DNA of 64,000 nucleotides from Marsupella aquatica (lineage: Eukaryota > Plantae > Marchantiophyta), in contig OZ316897.1 in the NCBI GenBank assembly GCA_973895155.1, positions 8,393,832-8,457,831 of the forward strand, in the 5' to 3' direction. A program made the position numbers and the translations under genes. The notes under the pieces were generated by a model. That model made no database searches and was not told the DNA's origin. It was given only the letters and a program-made list of their open reading frames with translations. Within the stretch, counting starts at the first letter, position 1. Each line of letters begins with the position of its first letter. This document shows positions 1-13,232 of the stretch, piece by piece.

Positions 1-635
1 GGCGATTCTGCGATACGGCGGGAGACCAGTGAACGAGATTTCATCCTTTGCGCTGCTGGAATTGGAGGGAAGTCGACTCGAGGAGGGAGTTTGATTGGAG
101 TGAGATCGAGGTTTGAGTGGAGCTGGCTGCGATTGGCTCGGGCGGAAGAAGGTGCAGTGTGGAGGATAGCGGATGGGAGGAAAGTGAGGATATGGACAAG
201 AGGTCGAGGTTCTGCTGTTAGTTGTCATCGTGTTGTTGGAGACAGTCGGTTGGGGCGGTGGTATCGATTCGATTGGAGGTTGTCGTGGTTCAGCGACACT
301 TTCTTTGCACTGCCTTAGGCGCCTTGGCGGGGTGTCTGTCGATGCGTTGAGTGGAGTGAGGACGATCGCAATTGTTTCGATTTTGAGGCAAAGATGACGT
401 GGCTTAGAAAACCTGCAGTGGGGCTTCTCGCGGAAATGAAAGTGTGCAGGGAAGGGGATTTGAATTATACGCAGTTTTCGTGGAGTGGTTGAGGACTCTG
501 CTGGAGCGGTCCTTTTACTGGCGCGACCGAAGCGCCTGAGGCCCGGGCAGATGCGGGATTGAACGACAGGAAGGAACAGGAGGAGGAGGTCGAGGGGTTG
601 GATTTGAGGGGGATGCATGTGCTGGTGAGGGTTGA

Positions 636-3600
636 ATGCACGGACTATGCTGCATTTCCCCGGTCCCGCTTGAGAGGGAATCGCGACCTCTCGCGATACC
701 CAAGCCGACATCATTAGTAGCATCTACTATGGATCAGCAAAGTAATTACAAAGCTTCGAAGCCTGCTCAGCCTCAAGCGAAGAACGGACCTTCATCGCCT
801 CTCATGAACAAGAGCACGAGTGGTCATGCGAGCCCTTTCCCCGAGTATATGCTAGACCATGAGGATAGCATTAAGAATAACAGATCTGTCACTCCATTCA
901 CTTTCGCAGATGCCAGCGTGAAAGTTGGACTGTCAGGAGAGCTAAATGTGGTATCTGTGGAGGCAAGGGGGGGCACGAACTCGACCACCAACGCTGCGGG
1001 GATCCTGTACAAATGGGTGAACTATGGGAAAGGTTGGAGGCCACGTTGGTTTGTCCTTCAGGAAGGTGTTCTTTCGTACTACAAAGTCCACGGGCCTGAT
1101 AAGGTTTCAGTGAATCATGAAAGACACAAGGGATTGCGCTTGATCGGGGTTGAGGCTCCGAGGCTTCAAAGGAAGCAGAGAAACGCGAATGTGGACGAGA
1201 AAAGGCCGCGTAAAGCGTTCGGAGAAGTGCACTTAAAGGTAATTTGCTAGCAGATCTTGCAAAGTAGACTAGTAGTGCGCAAGAGGCAAGGAATAGCTGG
1301 ATGACAGTCGTATTGTTGTCAATCTGGTCGTGCTATTCCGCTCGCAATCTTTTAATTTGGTATCATTCTAGGTCGTTCACGAGCGTACTTTTACGAAATT
1401 GATTGCTATTGTGTTTGTCATTCACTCGTAGATTTGCCGAGCTTATATTTTGAAAAGAATTTGAGTTTCAATTCTGACTAGGGAAGTTCTGTTTCCACTG
1501 GCTGGAGTTTCTTTGGAAGTCGTGTCGATAGTTATCTGAATCACACAATTAACTATCTAATGGTTTGCAAGGAAAGTTAGTGGTACAATGTTTACTCCAC
1601 AGGCTTCTTGTACCATCTGTTTTCGAAGGGATCACGCCCAGATTTTCGAACTGAATTGAACTCGTCTCCATTTTTTGGTTGCACAGGTCTCATCTCTTCG
1701 TGAAAGCAAGTCAGATGACAAAAAGTTTTACATCTATACAGGAACAAAGACTCTTCACCTTAGAGCTGAATCCAGAGAGGATAAAGCTATTTGGCTGGAT
1801 GCTTTGCAAGCAGCTAAGGATCTATTTCCTAGAAATACGTTGATATACGGCCTGCAACAATCTTTTGAGGAAATTCATATTTCCACACAGAAGTTGAAGG
1901 CATACCTACTTCTGAAGGGCTTGAGCGAGGAGGATGTCGGAGAGTGCGAAGAGATTGTGAACACGGAATTCTCGGAGGCCAAAGAGAAATTTCAACTTCT
2001 ACAGCAGCGTCAGAAAAACCTTCTGGAACGGTTGAGGCTTCTTGAGGTAGATGTTTCGTGATTCTTGATAGTTTATTCTCCGTCAGGAGGATAATGTATT
2101 ATTCTAGCGTCATAAGAGAAATACATAGGCTTCTGCGGAACAGAGTAGGGTCTGATTACATAAATTTCGTCTTGTGGTGTTGGCTATACCCAATGCACTG
2201 ACGAAAAACAGGCTACGGCTTGTGAGGAAAGATGGTAATCGAGTACTTGATAAAAGGTTTTCCGAGCCTGATGAGCTCAACATTTCGGAAACAGAGTTGT
2301 GGATAATTTCCGGACATGTTCAGAAGGTGCTCATCAGAGTGGAATCGCTTGCTTGTCTTTCTTTCTAGCCTTGCACAGAAAGTGGATAATTCTCAGCCGA
2401 CCTAAAGGAGGGCTACCGAAAATATCGGAGTGGCCAGGGGATGGGGATTGAAACGGAGCTTGAATTGTGTTGCAGGCCGAGAAAGTGGAGCTGGAGACGA
2501 CAGTCGTGGATGAAATGCAGAGTCAAGGACATGCTGGCAATAATGGACTTAAGTATCAAGGTATTTGTCTTACACTTGAACATAGCAATAACTTCAGCTT
2601 GCTTAGGGGCTGGTGCAACGCTTGTGCAACGAAAATTTTAAGTCATGCTAGCAATAGTAAAGTCTCCTGACTTAATGTCCTGGAAATTTTACTTCCACTT
2701 GTAGCGGTTTTCTTGTAAAGTTCTTCATAGTCTTTTGCAGTTTGGTCAGACAGGTCGTTTACTACACCCCTAGCGGTGTTGCTAGAAGTATTCCACGTTC
2801 CATAACGGCCGCTTGCTAGAGAATTCACCAGGCTTGGATTGGCTCATCCAATGTGCCCTCCTTTGACAGGTGGAACCGATAGTGAGATTGACGATGATGA
2901 TCAAGGTGCGGAGGCAGAATCTGATGAGGAAGATGAAATATTTTTCGATACCAAAGAAACCTTGCGATCAACCTCGTCTGAACCAGCAGAACACTCTGAG
3001 AATGATGACTGCAGCGGTGACATGGAGCTCGTTGGGTTCAATTATCCTAAAATCAAACGGCGGACGAGGCTTCCAGAACCGAAAGAGAAGGAGAAGAGTG
3101 TTAGTTTGTGGGCGATGATCAAGGACAATATTGGCAAGGATTTGACAAAAGTTTGCTTGCCAGTTTACTTTAATGAACCAATCTCTTCTTTGCAAAGGTG
3201 CATGGAGGATTTGGAGTATTCCTACCTGCTTGATCGGGCACATCAATACGGCAAGCAGGTATATACTATCCTTGAGAATGTCATTACATTCGGTGTAGTG
3301 ACTTCCTTCAAAGTATTCCAAAAATAGTCAGGCTCTCTCTATTTTGAAAACTGTTTGTGGATTGTTGCTTGTGTCATGTGTTTGGGTTCCTTCATTTTGC
3401 TTCTCATTTTCGAAATGAACTCCCACGCCTTAAGAGTTGGTGCTCCACATTACCTAGCTTATCCGTTACTTTTAGCAGGACGTATTTCAGGTGGTCTTGT
3501 CTTTTAAGTTGTTCCAAATATGCAGTTCTTAAACCAGAGATATATTACCGGTTTTTGAGATACTGAAGTAGCAAGATGCTCGAACGATATTTCAGGGAAA

Positions 3601-6600
3601 CAGCCTGTTGAGGTTGCTGCAAGTAGCAGCTTTTGCAGTGTCTGGCTATGGGTCCACTGAGACGCGGACTTGTAAGCCATTCAACCCATTGCTGGGAGAA
3701 ACATACGAGGCGGATTTTCCCGACAAGGGCCTTCGCTTTTGTTCGGAGAAGGTACTATATTGCATGTTCTTTTCTCAGCATCGGTGCTCCTAAGATTTTT
3801 ACCAAACATCTTGACTTACTAGATTCTTATGTGTGTTTAAAAGAAGAAGCCTGAAAAAAAAAAGTGCATCGATGTAAGTTATTATTGTGAAGCTGATTGA
3901 CATTGGCCTCGTGGACAGTGGGGTATGACCTACCTTAGTCCTGAACTAGATTGATGCAGGTAGAGTTTTTAGCAGCAAGAGTCACATTTCATATCACGTA
4001 ATGGCGTTGTGCTAGCGAAGGGCATAATTTTGGCAGGCAAGATTGAATACGACAATGAATGTACCGGATTCCTGTTTGATGGAACTTCACTAAATGTTTT
4101 CCGATGGGTGTATAAGTCACCCAATATCAATTGACTGACAAGAACTGGAGGCTTAAAGTAGGGTATGAACGATGTTTTTCCAGGAGATCGAGTTGAAAAC
4201 GGATCATGTGGGTCACCATTGTTCTTTGATATTTTGCGTGTTGTGCAGGTGGTCCTTGTCCTGATTATCCAACGGAAGAAATGTAAGATGCCATATGTAG
4301 TGTCCTCGTGTGTTTTCTTGTCAGAAGTGTTGCTTCTAACTGAAGTTGATGGCGATTGCAGGTGAGCCATCACCCCATGATTGTGGCTTGCCACTGTGAG
4401 GGGAATGGATGGAAGTTCTGGGGGGACAGCAACTTAAAGAGCAAGTTTTGGGGTCGTTCTATTCAGCTCGACCCTGTTGGTGTCCTGACTCTTCAATTTG
4501 ACGACGGGGAACAGTTCAAATGGAGCAAGGTGCTCACCTTCTCATGATGCTGTATGACCTTGTTGATGAGATTTACAAATTTTTGCTCTTGGCGTTCAGC
4601 GTACTGCAAAAATATCTCTAGTCCTAGTCACGCTATCGCATAATCTTTGACCTAGTGTGTACCTGAGCTATGGGGCTCGAATGAAATCTGGACATAACTC
4701 TAACAGTGATGCTGAAGGCTGGTATTCTCCAGTTATTCATCTGAACCTCCCTTAGCCGTTTTGCTCCTGAATTATTTCTCCAAGTTTTTCAACAACCGTT
4801 GCCCATAGTATATATGGCCTCCATCCTCTGCAAAGGGGAAGTGTTACCAAGCCCTTAGAAGGAATGCGCACACCGCTCATGCTTAGGGTAATTATGCTCA
4901 AGAGAAGGAAATATGAGTCCAGGAGAGATACTTTGACCGTTGTAGGTCTCACTACTCTTGCTTCTCTCAAGGTGCATTAATGTACCTGGGTTCGAGCTAA
5001 ATATTAAAGCCAGAAAAGGATCCTGGCCGATAACTGTTTCCATGTACAACAGCATTCACCGGATTACAGATTTACCGGTGTTACGCGGTGACTACCTGCA
5101 AAAGTGAAGATGCTTTATCATAAGCTCTTAGTTTCTAAGGAGACTCAATTTTGGGTGCAGGAGCCCCAAATAGAGCTTCTGTGATGTCAACGACCTGGAC
5201 CTTGACTGTGTTCGATGATTTTTTCGGACTTCCTAGTTATTGCCAAGCCTGTAGCACAGACAAACGATACGTTATAATTATTTAGTCTACCTTTATGAGT
5301 ATCACATCCAGGTGAAGGGCGGAAAAGAAGGAATTTTCCAATCACTTTTTGAAACTAGTAGTGTGCATTTCATTTGAAAGAAGCTTAAATTGTAGTCTTA
5401 TCTAATCGAGGCTCCTCTCATGTCTTGCAGGTGACAACTTCAATATATAACCTTATTCTAGGAAAACTATATGTTGATCACTACGGAACAATGCGAATTA
5501 CGGGAAATCAAGAACTATCTTGCAAGCTCAAGTTTAAGGAGCAATCGCTAATTGACCGCAACCCACACCAGGTGAGCCACCTGGTCCTCTAAAATTAGGT
5601 TTTGGAACCAAAGATTCGAGGTGCTGGCGGAGCAGAAGTATTTCCACCTTTGATCCATTCGTTTGAACACCTATATTGTTTTAGGAACTTAAACCCGTGT
5701 GTGGGAAAAATCGTACGCGTGTGAGGAGATATGATGATCAGGTTCCCATGTTTGATTTTGAGAGGGTTCCAGCTTACAGCAGTTTTTTCTAATATGAGAT
5801 TTTATCCCACTCAATCAGGTGCAAGGGTATGTGCACAACAAGAGTGGTGAGAAACTGGCAACATTATTTGGCAAGTGGGACGAAAGCATGTATTACATAA
5901 TGGGTGACTTATCAACCAAGCCAAAGCATTATGATCCAATGTCCGAGGCCGTCCTGCTATGGAGACGGAACCCACCGGCAGAATTCCCAACTAGATACGG
6001 ATTCACTTCTCTTGCCATTACACTGAATGAACTTACACCTGGGTTGAAGGTAAGATTTCCAGAGCTGATATAACGCAGTGAGTGATTGAAGTTAGTTGAT
6101 CCTTGCTGACTGGGCATTGATGAGATATGAGTTGACGAGGGATTATGTGACTCTGCAATTATGTTAAAAGTATCGTCTGTCAAAAAGGTTTTAGATTTTT
6201 ACTGCTGTAAAATATCAGTTTTTGAGAGTTGAAAGATCGGTTAAATGTTTACCGTGCTGAAGGCTGTGTCTTTATTCATGCTAATACGTTTTACATGGGT
6301 CTGGGACGCTTATAAATTTTACCTTTGTACACTTTGTTCAGGAACTCTTGCCCCCTACAGATTCAAGATTGCGTCCTGATCAACGACATCTGGAAAATGG
6401 CGAATATGAGGCTGCTAACTTGGAAAAATTACGGTTGGAGCAGAAGCAACGTCGAGTAAGTCATTCAAGTATACTGCTTGGAAATGCAGCCCACTTATTG
6501 TCTCGTTGTTTTAAGCACAGCGTTTTGAGAAGTAGACTGTGGACGGAGTTACTTTTGTCACTTTCTGGGCTCTTCAAAATCTACTTAGGAAACATTTGAT

Positions 6601-6837
6601 CTTCGCTGTCAATAATTTTCAGATTCTTTGTCACTCCAACCAAAGCAAGTAATGTATTCTTTCTGGCAGGCATCGGCATTGCAAGAGAAGGGCTGGCAAC
6701 CTAGATGGTTCCGCAAGGAGAAAGGCCAAGAAACATTTCAATACATAGGTGGTTACTGGGAAGCCCGAAAGGAGGGAAACTGGGGAGACTGTCCTAACAT
6801 CTATGGGCAAGATGTACCTGAAGCGCCTGCTGAGTGA
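636..6837 (+). CDS. ORP1: Oxysterol-binding protein-related protein, plant ORP1/ORP2 subfamily (PH + coiled coil + FFAT-like + OSBP domain). Exons: 636-1238, 1687-2046, 2476-2560, 2870-3258, 3596-3751, 4362-4529, 5431-5571, 5819-6049, 6342-6455, 6670-6837; 804 aa
   Basis: PH motif [36 protein letters not shown] motifs [78 protein letters not shown]. All nine introns are GT..AG and phase-consistent; the spliced CDS is 2415 nt. Exon 7 ([19 protein letters not shown]...) is not in the ORF track and was read directly. The N-terminus MHGLCCI resembles plant ORP1 starts. Confidence 0.96.
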
Positions 6838-7254
6838 GGGATCTTCACTGCTATTTCACAAGGTGGAGATGGATACAAATCTTAGGGCGCTTTGGATATA
6901 TAAATACTCTGGCAATCATCTGCAGAGTTGTTCATAATTTTGACTCATATTATTTCCAAGTTAAGCATTTGTTGGGGTGTGTCTGTTGAAGTGGCCAAAG
7001 ATAGACAAGGGCAATTCTACTGTCTCAGGCAAGCTCAGGCCCCCATTTCAATAAGCAGAATGCTGTTCCGACCTGATGACCTCCTGTCCTCCTGTGATGT
7101 TACCGGAGTGTATGTCACAACAGACTGTCGAGTTACTCGCCAGTTCCGCACCCTTTTGTCACTTGGGTAGAATTCATTTACTTTGGGGATGGTGGATTAG
7201 ATTGGACCTAAGATCGTCTTAGGGTGAAGTTTACGTCAGCAAGTCTCAGTAGTG

Positions 7255-8400
7255 CTACTCTAAATCACTCCATTGAATGTACACAACCAGTGGAGCGTAG
7301 TCAGTGATCCTAAACCTTTTGATAAGGGGCAAATGGGGGGTAGGGGTTCCTGCAGGGCTTTGAGTAATTTCATTGGTGAGAAAGAACTTAATCAAGTCTA
7401 TCTCTCTCTCTGTGTTGCTCTCTGTTGCCTTCGCAGAATTCTTTTGGTTCCAAATTGGGAGCAACATGATTGGTAAGGCGCTAAAACATTTCTTTGAATG
7501 GTTCCATCTCCACGAGGTGCCATTGGCCATACACTCGAGGTCTAAGGATCATAAGTGTTTAGCACTTTTATGGCTCAATGTGAGACCCTTGTAGGTGTGT
7601 CTGATGAGGCCCAAAGTACACAGTATTTCTGACTGCTAGGAAATCAGACACGGATGAAGCAAGGTCTGGAGATTTTTCAAATGTACATACAAAGGCCCCA
7701 TCTATTTTGAAGGCAGCCTCTGAAATCTCAAGCCAACCTCTCACCACATTCAACCAAGCCTTGTGTAATGCTCACAAACGTACGACCTTGGTTTTGTATG
7801 GAGTGTGTGTATGTCCACAAGAGTGGAGAATAGTGTTGGCAGAGTTTTGGGATGTGTATCAACTTGGAGTCCCTCGTGAGTGGGTGGGCTTGAGTCTTGT
7901 ACAAATGGCAATGAACTTTCATGCTCATTATTTTTGGAAGGGGATGAGGTGGGGTTTTGTGATGTTTATCAACTGTGGAGTCCCTCAGTTGACAGTGGAT
8001 GGGCTTGGTTGACTTACACAGATTGCATTAAAGTTGTGTGCCTTTGATTTTCTGAAAGAAAGAGCATTGGAGTGACTGCATGGAGCAGCTAAGATGCTCA
8101 ATGGAAATTGCTCGATAGTGATTGTGATTGTTAGTTGGCACTCAATTGATTGCCAAAGTGTGTGTATTTGACAGTAAGTGAGGTTGGGATAATCCCAGAC
8201 TCACATACCAGGCATAAAACAATAGGTGCTGCTGCCCACAATGACCTGGCAGTCCACCGTGCCCAATTAGAGGCCAACTTTGCAACAAGGGACTCATGTC
8301 ATAAAGAGAAACAGAAGCCCAAGGGCACCAACGTGAGGGGAAAGAGGTCTCTCAAGGGAAGTGGGGTGACATTTGCTTTGCCAAATTGGATGTATACTTG
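7255..8400 (-). mobile_element. Highly decayed L1-type LINE ORF2 3' relic
   Basis: Stop-riddled minus-strand translation gives PLG...ESLVAKLASNWARW (resembles the post-RT GGLG..ALLAKW motif), SAKHL and PIWNQKN (resembles the W.IW..RN terminal motif). Motif resemblance only. Confidence 0.35.
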
Positions 8401-8452
8401 ATCATTTATTATTGGAAAATGTACACTTTATTCCCTGTTTGAAAAGTTATGA

Positions 8453-8620
8453 ATGAGATCTTTGTTACTAAACTAGTGACCCTCAGTAATACATTCATGT
8501 GATTGACATTCATGACCACTGATTCTAGATCTTTGTGATGAGATCTTTGTTACTAAACCAGTGACCCTCAATAATACATTCATGTGATTGACATTCATGA
8601 CCCTGAATCTAGATCTTTGT
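8453..8620. repeat. ~85-bp tandem duplication (2 copies)
   Basis: atgagatctttgttactaaac...tctagatctttgt at 8453-8536 and 8538-8620, with few mismatches. Confidence 0.9.
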
Positions 8621-10724
8621 CTGTTTTTTGTCATTAATTTTAGACTTGTTACTTGACTTGTCTACTTCAAATTTTGACATCATATTTGAGTTCAAAAAGT
8701 TTTGTATCCTCCTAGGTGAATTTTCAGAGGGAGATGAGATCATCATCGTCCAAAATATAGTCTTGTAGATATGTTGCCCATGTTGGGCATTTACTCTTAA
8801 GTCCAGGGTTATGACTGCAATCGTGGTTGGGTTAACCTCAGTCACTAACTTGGTTAGGTTATTCATGTTATACACTACATACACAAGTGTGTTTTTGCTT
8901 GTGAACAGTAGATTGTTACAAAACTAGTTAAGAGATAGGGAGAGTTTTGTTGCAGATTCTCAATATGACCAATGTGCCTAGAGTGTAGTGAAGCTTTTGT
9001 GTCTTCTCGTGGACCTCAACTGAGATAAACCACATATATTTTTATATTGATAACTTGTTCATTAGATTCATGGGCTTGTCGTTGTGAAAATCATCTTTGC
9101 TCAGCATTCCACTCTTTTGACACATTCACACACCTTTCCTAGACTTCACTTGCAAGAAAAGATTGCTTCCTTTCCTATTCCCCATCAGGCTAGGTACACA
9201 CACCCAATGGAGCTTCACGCCATGTTGCTCACTTGGATGAACAATTCAGGTGGGTTATGGAGGCACCGGGCATGTACAATTCTGACCCATGATCAGATTC
9301 CTCATGGTTAAAACCGAGACGTGTAGCAAGTGACGAGACTAACTTGTGTAAGGGCCATTGAATTATGTGATTTGGTTTGACCGGTTGCAGCTGGTCTCGG
9401 CCATTCTTCACATAGGACTGGGCGTAGGATGCATTCTACTAAATCACAAGACTTAATTGTGATATACATTACTCGTAGAAGTGAGTAACTGGATGCAACG
9501 TGCATTCTTCTCCATAAATGCCTTGGAAATTACAAAGAGAGAAATCAAGAAGGGCATTAAATGGAAGCTAAAGCCCAAATGAACCTTTAGCGTTGTCCAT
9601 GAAACCCTAATGGATAAACCAAACCTACATGGACCGGATTAAAACACAAAGGTGTTCTTGGATATTGTTGTTTACATTTTTGTCCAAAAGTACATTATCA
9701 GTGACCAAATGATCACTTTTGTCCAAATATTTTCCCTGTCACTAGCTTTGCCACCACTATTGTCAAAAACGTACTTTGGCCGCGACTTTAATAAAACTGA
9801 GAAAATTTGAGGTACATTTAGGTCATTACATACATTCTCTGGCTTTTATAGTAGATGAAAATCTGAGAAGATTGAGTGCTTCACATTTTACTCATAGCAC
9901 CTCAAGCAGTTTACTCAATGTTCAAAAACCAAATGAACTAAATTTCTCAGAGGTATTTTTATGTTTATAATAAAACGCAAAGCCCCACAAACAGGGGGAA
10001 GCAAGCAACACAATGACTCATGAAAGAATGGGAAAGTATTCCACCAAGGAGATGGGCAAATCTAAGGCCCAAATAAGCTCAATTTTCACAAATAGATTAC
10101 AATTTTTCTACACACTTATTCTAGGGAGTAAATACTTTGCGAAATGACTATACTATTTCCATAAACATTGTTGCAGAATCTTTTTTTTTTATAGAGCATT
10201 GCTCTTGAAATCAATTTTTTCATTGCATAGCTCAAGGAAATTTTAATTTGTTGTTGCAAAATTCTATTTTCCAAAAGAGCATTGCTCTTGTTATGAGGAG
10301 TGTTCTGACTTACATTGTTGTTGGAGAGCTACTTGAGATGTTAATTGTGGGGGTATTTCTGCTAAATCCTATTTTTCAGAGAAGGCTATTGTCACTTGTC
10401 AGTTACAAAGGGCACTTTGAGTAATTTTTTCATTGAGTAGCTATAGGACATCATGTTTTTTTAAAAGGCGGTGCTCTTGTTACAAGGAGCACTTCAAGTA
10501 CAATGCTGCTATGGAGCTACCAAAGATTTCAAAATGCATTTGAAATGTGCACATTTAATTCGTTCCATTGAGACTCTCAATTGGCTTTTAGGTGCACACA
10601 ATCTTTTTACAGTAATAGGAATGTAAGTAAACAATCAATGAGAGCATTTATAGTTACATCTTTGTGTCACAGTCCATGGGGATAGTTAGAGAATGTAACA
10701 ATCCATCTTGGCTTTAGTTTCCAT

Positions 10725-11610
10725 TAAATGCCCTATATTCAAAGAAGAAATTCAAGTAAAAATCAAGAAGAGCGAGCACTAAGGATTGTTTAACTTTGAG
10801 AGCCCCTATTTGGCCCCATACTCAAAACCCATTGGTCCACACGTCAAAAGTTTCTGCAGGTGTCACTTGGTCTACGGCACCAAACTGTATGGAGTGTGCA
10901 CGTTTCTCCATAAATACCCTGAAAATTACAACAAGAAAAATAAAGAAATGCATTCAATGCCCTGAATTTTCATTTATACAAGAAAAAACAAGAAGCGCAT
11001 TAAGGAGGATACAACTTTGGGAACCCCTATTTGGCCCCATACTCAAAAACCAATTGGTCCACACCTCAAAGGTTTCTGTGGGTGTCACTTGGTGGACAGC
11101 ACAAAACTGTATGGAATGCGCATTCTTCTCCATAAATCCCTCGAAATTTACAAAGAGAAAAATCAAGAAGGGCATTAAATGCCCTGAAATTTCCAAAATG
11201 AATTTAAGAAAAACTCAAGAAGGGATTTAAGGACTACATACACTATTTGGCCCCATACTAAAAAAAACCACTGGTCCACACGTTAAAGGTTCCTGTGGGT
11301 GCCACTTGGTGGCCAACAAAAACTGTACGGAATGTGCATTCGTATCCCTAAATGCCCCAAATGTTACAAAAAGAAATCAAGACATGCATTAAATGCCCTG
11401 AATTTTCCAAAAAGAGAATTCAAGAAAAATCAAGAAGGTCATTAAGCACTTTATAACTTTGAGAACCCCTATTTGGCCCAATACTAAAAACCACTGGTCC
11501 ACACGTCAAGGGTTTTGGTGGGTACCACTTGGCCAACAGCACAAATCTGTAGTGTGCATTCTTCTCCATTAAAGTCCTCAAATTACAACCAGAAAAATCA
11601 AGAAGTGTAT
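10725..11610. repeat. ~220-bp degenerate tandem repeat, 4 copies; partial copies at ~9495-9562 and ~12410-12605
   Basis: Recurring tgccctga...ctatttggccccatact...ggtccacacg...cacttgg...aaactgta...gcattcttctccataaa. Units start at about 10729, 10958, 11179 and 11394. Confidence 0.9.
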
Positions 11611-12286
11611 TTTGTTTTGGATGCCACTGAGTCCCCAACCCAAAACCCTAATGTGCATTCTTCTCCATTATAGCATTTACCCTGGTTCATGCTTCCTTTT
11701 TTGTCTTGTAGTGCTGTGTATATGATTATTGCATAAAATTTGATAGGATTGAGTGGGAGAAGTGCAAAATAAAAGTACATTTCACATGAGGACTCGGAAG
11801 GACAAGTGCACTAGTCTTGAAAAGCTGTAGCCTTAAGGTACAGACTCTCACTTGCCATAATGACACTTAATAAATAAAATTTGTGCATATAATTTACAGG
11901 TGATCTTCTCTTACATTTAGGCAATGACAACAATAAAAAGCCATAAGCTTAGCAGAAAAAACTATGAGCACTTAAAGCAGGAGGTGTTTATATTTCAAAG
12001 TATTCATTCTCTCTCTCATTCACTAGAATTGACAGAAATTGCATAAAATTTGCTAAAGCGGGAGACCTGAATACTGAGTGACGAAACACAGAGAAAGCCA
12101 CTCACCACCCGCAATTAGGGTGAATAACTACTAGCAGTGCACTTGTAAATATTGGTCAATCACGCAGTTGTGGCATAACCATGGCTGATTGGCTGTATTG
12201 AAACTAAATGTAATGGGAAAGAAGATCTCTAAGATAGCAAGATAAAAAACATTTAAGGGGTGCTAAAATAATTTAAAATCTAAATT

Positions 12287-12391
12287 ATACTAGTGATGCA
12301 CCTTGTGATGGCACATTGAAAATACTAGTGATGTACCTTGTGATGGCACATTGAAAATACTAGTGACGCACCTTGTGATGGCACATTGAAA
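12287..12391. repeat. 35-bp minisatellite, 3 copies
   Basis: atactagtgatgcaccttgtgatggcacattgaaa at 12287, 12322 and 12357. Confidence 0.95.
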
Positions 12392-12653
12392 TAAAAGTAA
12401 TTAACAAAAAATTTAGTAAGGCAAAATCTCGAAAGGTCAATATACAGGAATCCATAAACGTCCTGAAATTATAACGTGTGCAGACTTTGAGAACGAGAAA
12501 ATTGAAGAAAAAATCAAGAAGGGCATTTAAGAACTGTTTTACTTTGAGAGCCCCAAGCAGTGGGTGCCACTTGGTCGACAGCACAAAACTGCATGGAGGC
12601 AGAGTACACGACCTCTCTCTCTCAATTGGAGGGCCAACAGCAGCCACAAGCTC

Positions 12654-12673
12654 TCATCAGGTGGATAGAAAGG

Positions 12674-12717
<44 letters not shown>

Positions 12718-12747
12718 TCAGAATTTTCAGGCAGGTGGATAGAAAGG

Positions 12748-12785
<38 letters not shown>

Positions 12786-12857
12786 TCAGAATTTTCAGGC
12801 AGGTGGATAGAAAGGTGCACAGAGAGAGAGAGAGAGAGTCATCAGAATTTTCAAGCA
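12654..12857. repeat. Compound minisatellite: 3 units of caggtggatagaaaggtgca-(GA)n-gtcatcagaattttca with variable (GA)n length
   Basis: Directly visible; explains the ERERER/SLSLSL pseudo-ORFs in the ORF track. Confidence 0.95.
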
Positions 12858-13232
12858 AATGGCGCAGTATCAGGTCTTGGTCCCTTCAGTTTGTGGAAGA
12901 CATTGAGTTGGGCGAATTCCGCTTCAGGAAAGAAAGAGGAATTCCTGATTCATCATCACCCACTTCGTGTAAGTCGCTTTGTGGAAGGCTTTGAGCTGCT
13001 GCTTCATGCACTATCAGAACCTGAACCTGGTGGCATCAGTTTGAGGTTGTGGAAGAGATTTGAGTTGGGCGAATCCCCTGTTTCAAGAAAGAGGAACCCC
13101 TGATTCGTTATCGTTCACTGCTCCTGATCACTTCTGTGGAGTTTGAAGCTGCTGCTTCATTGTTGGGCGAACCGAATCCTAGAGTGGAGGAGAGTTCTCG
13201 TCAATTGAGTCGCGTTTGGGTCATTGAGAAGC

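Noticed and set aside
12287-12857. CRISPR-like repeat arrays
   Set aside because: The units are directly abutting or separated only by microsatellite. There are no unique spacers and no cas genes, and the context is eukaryotic.
12360-13103. ERERER / SLSLSL ORFs
   Set aside because: Artefacts of the (GA)n compound repeat.
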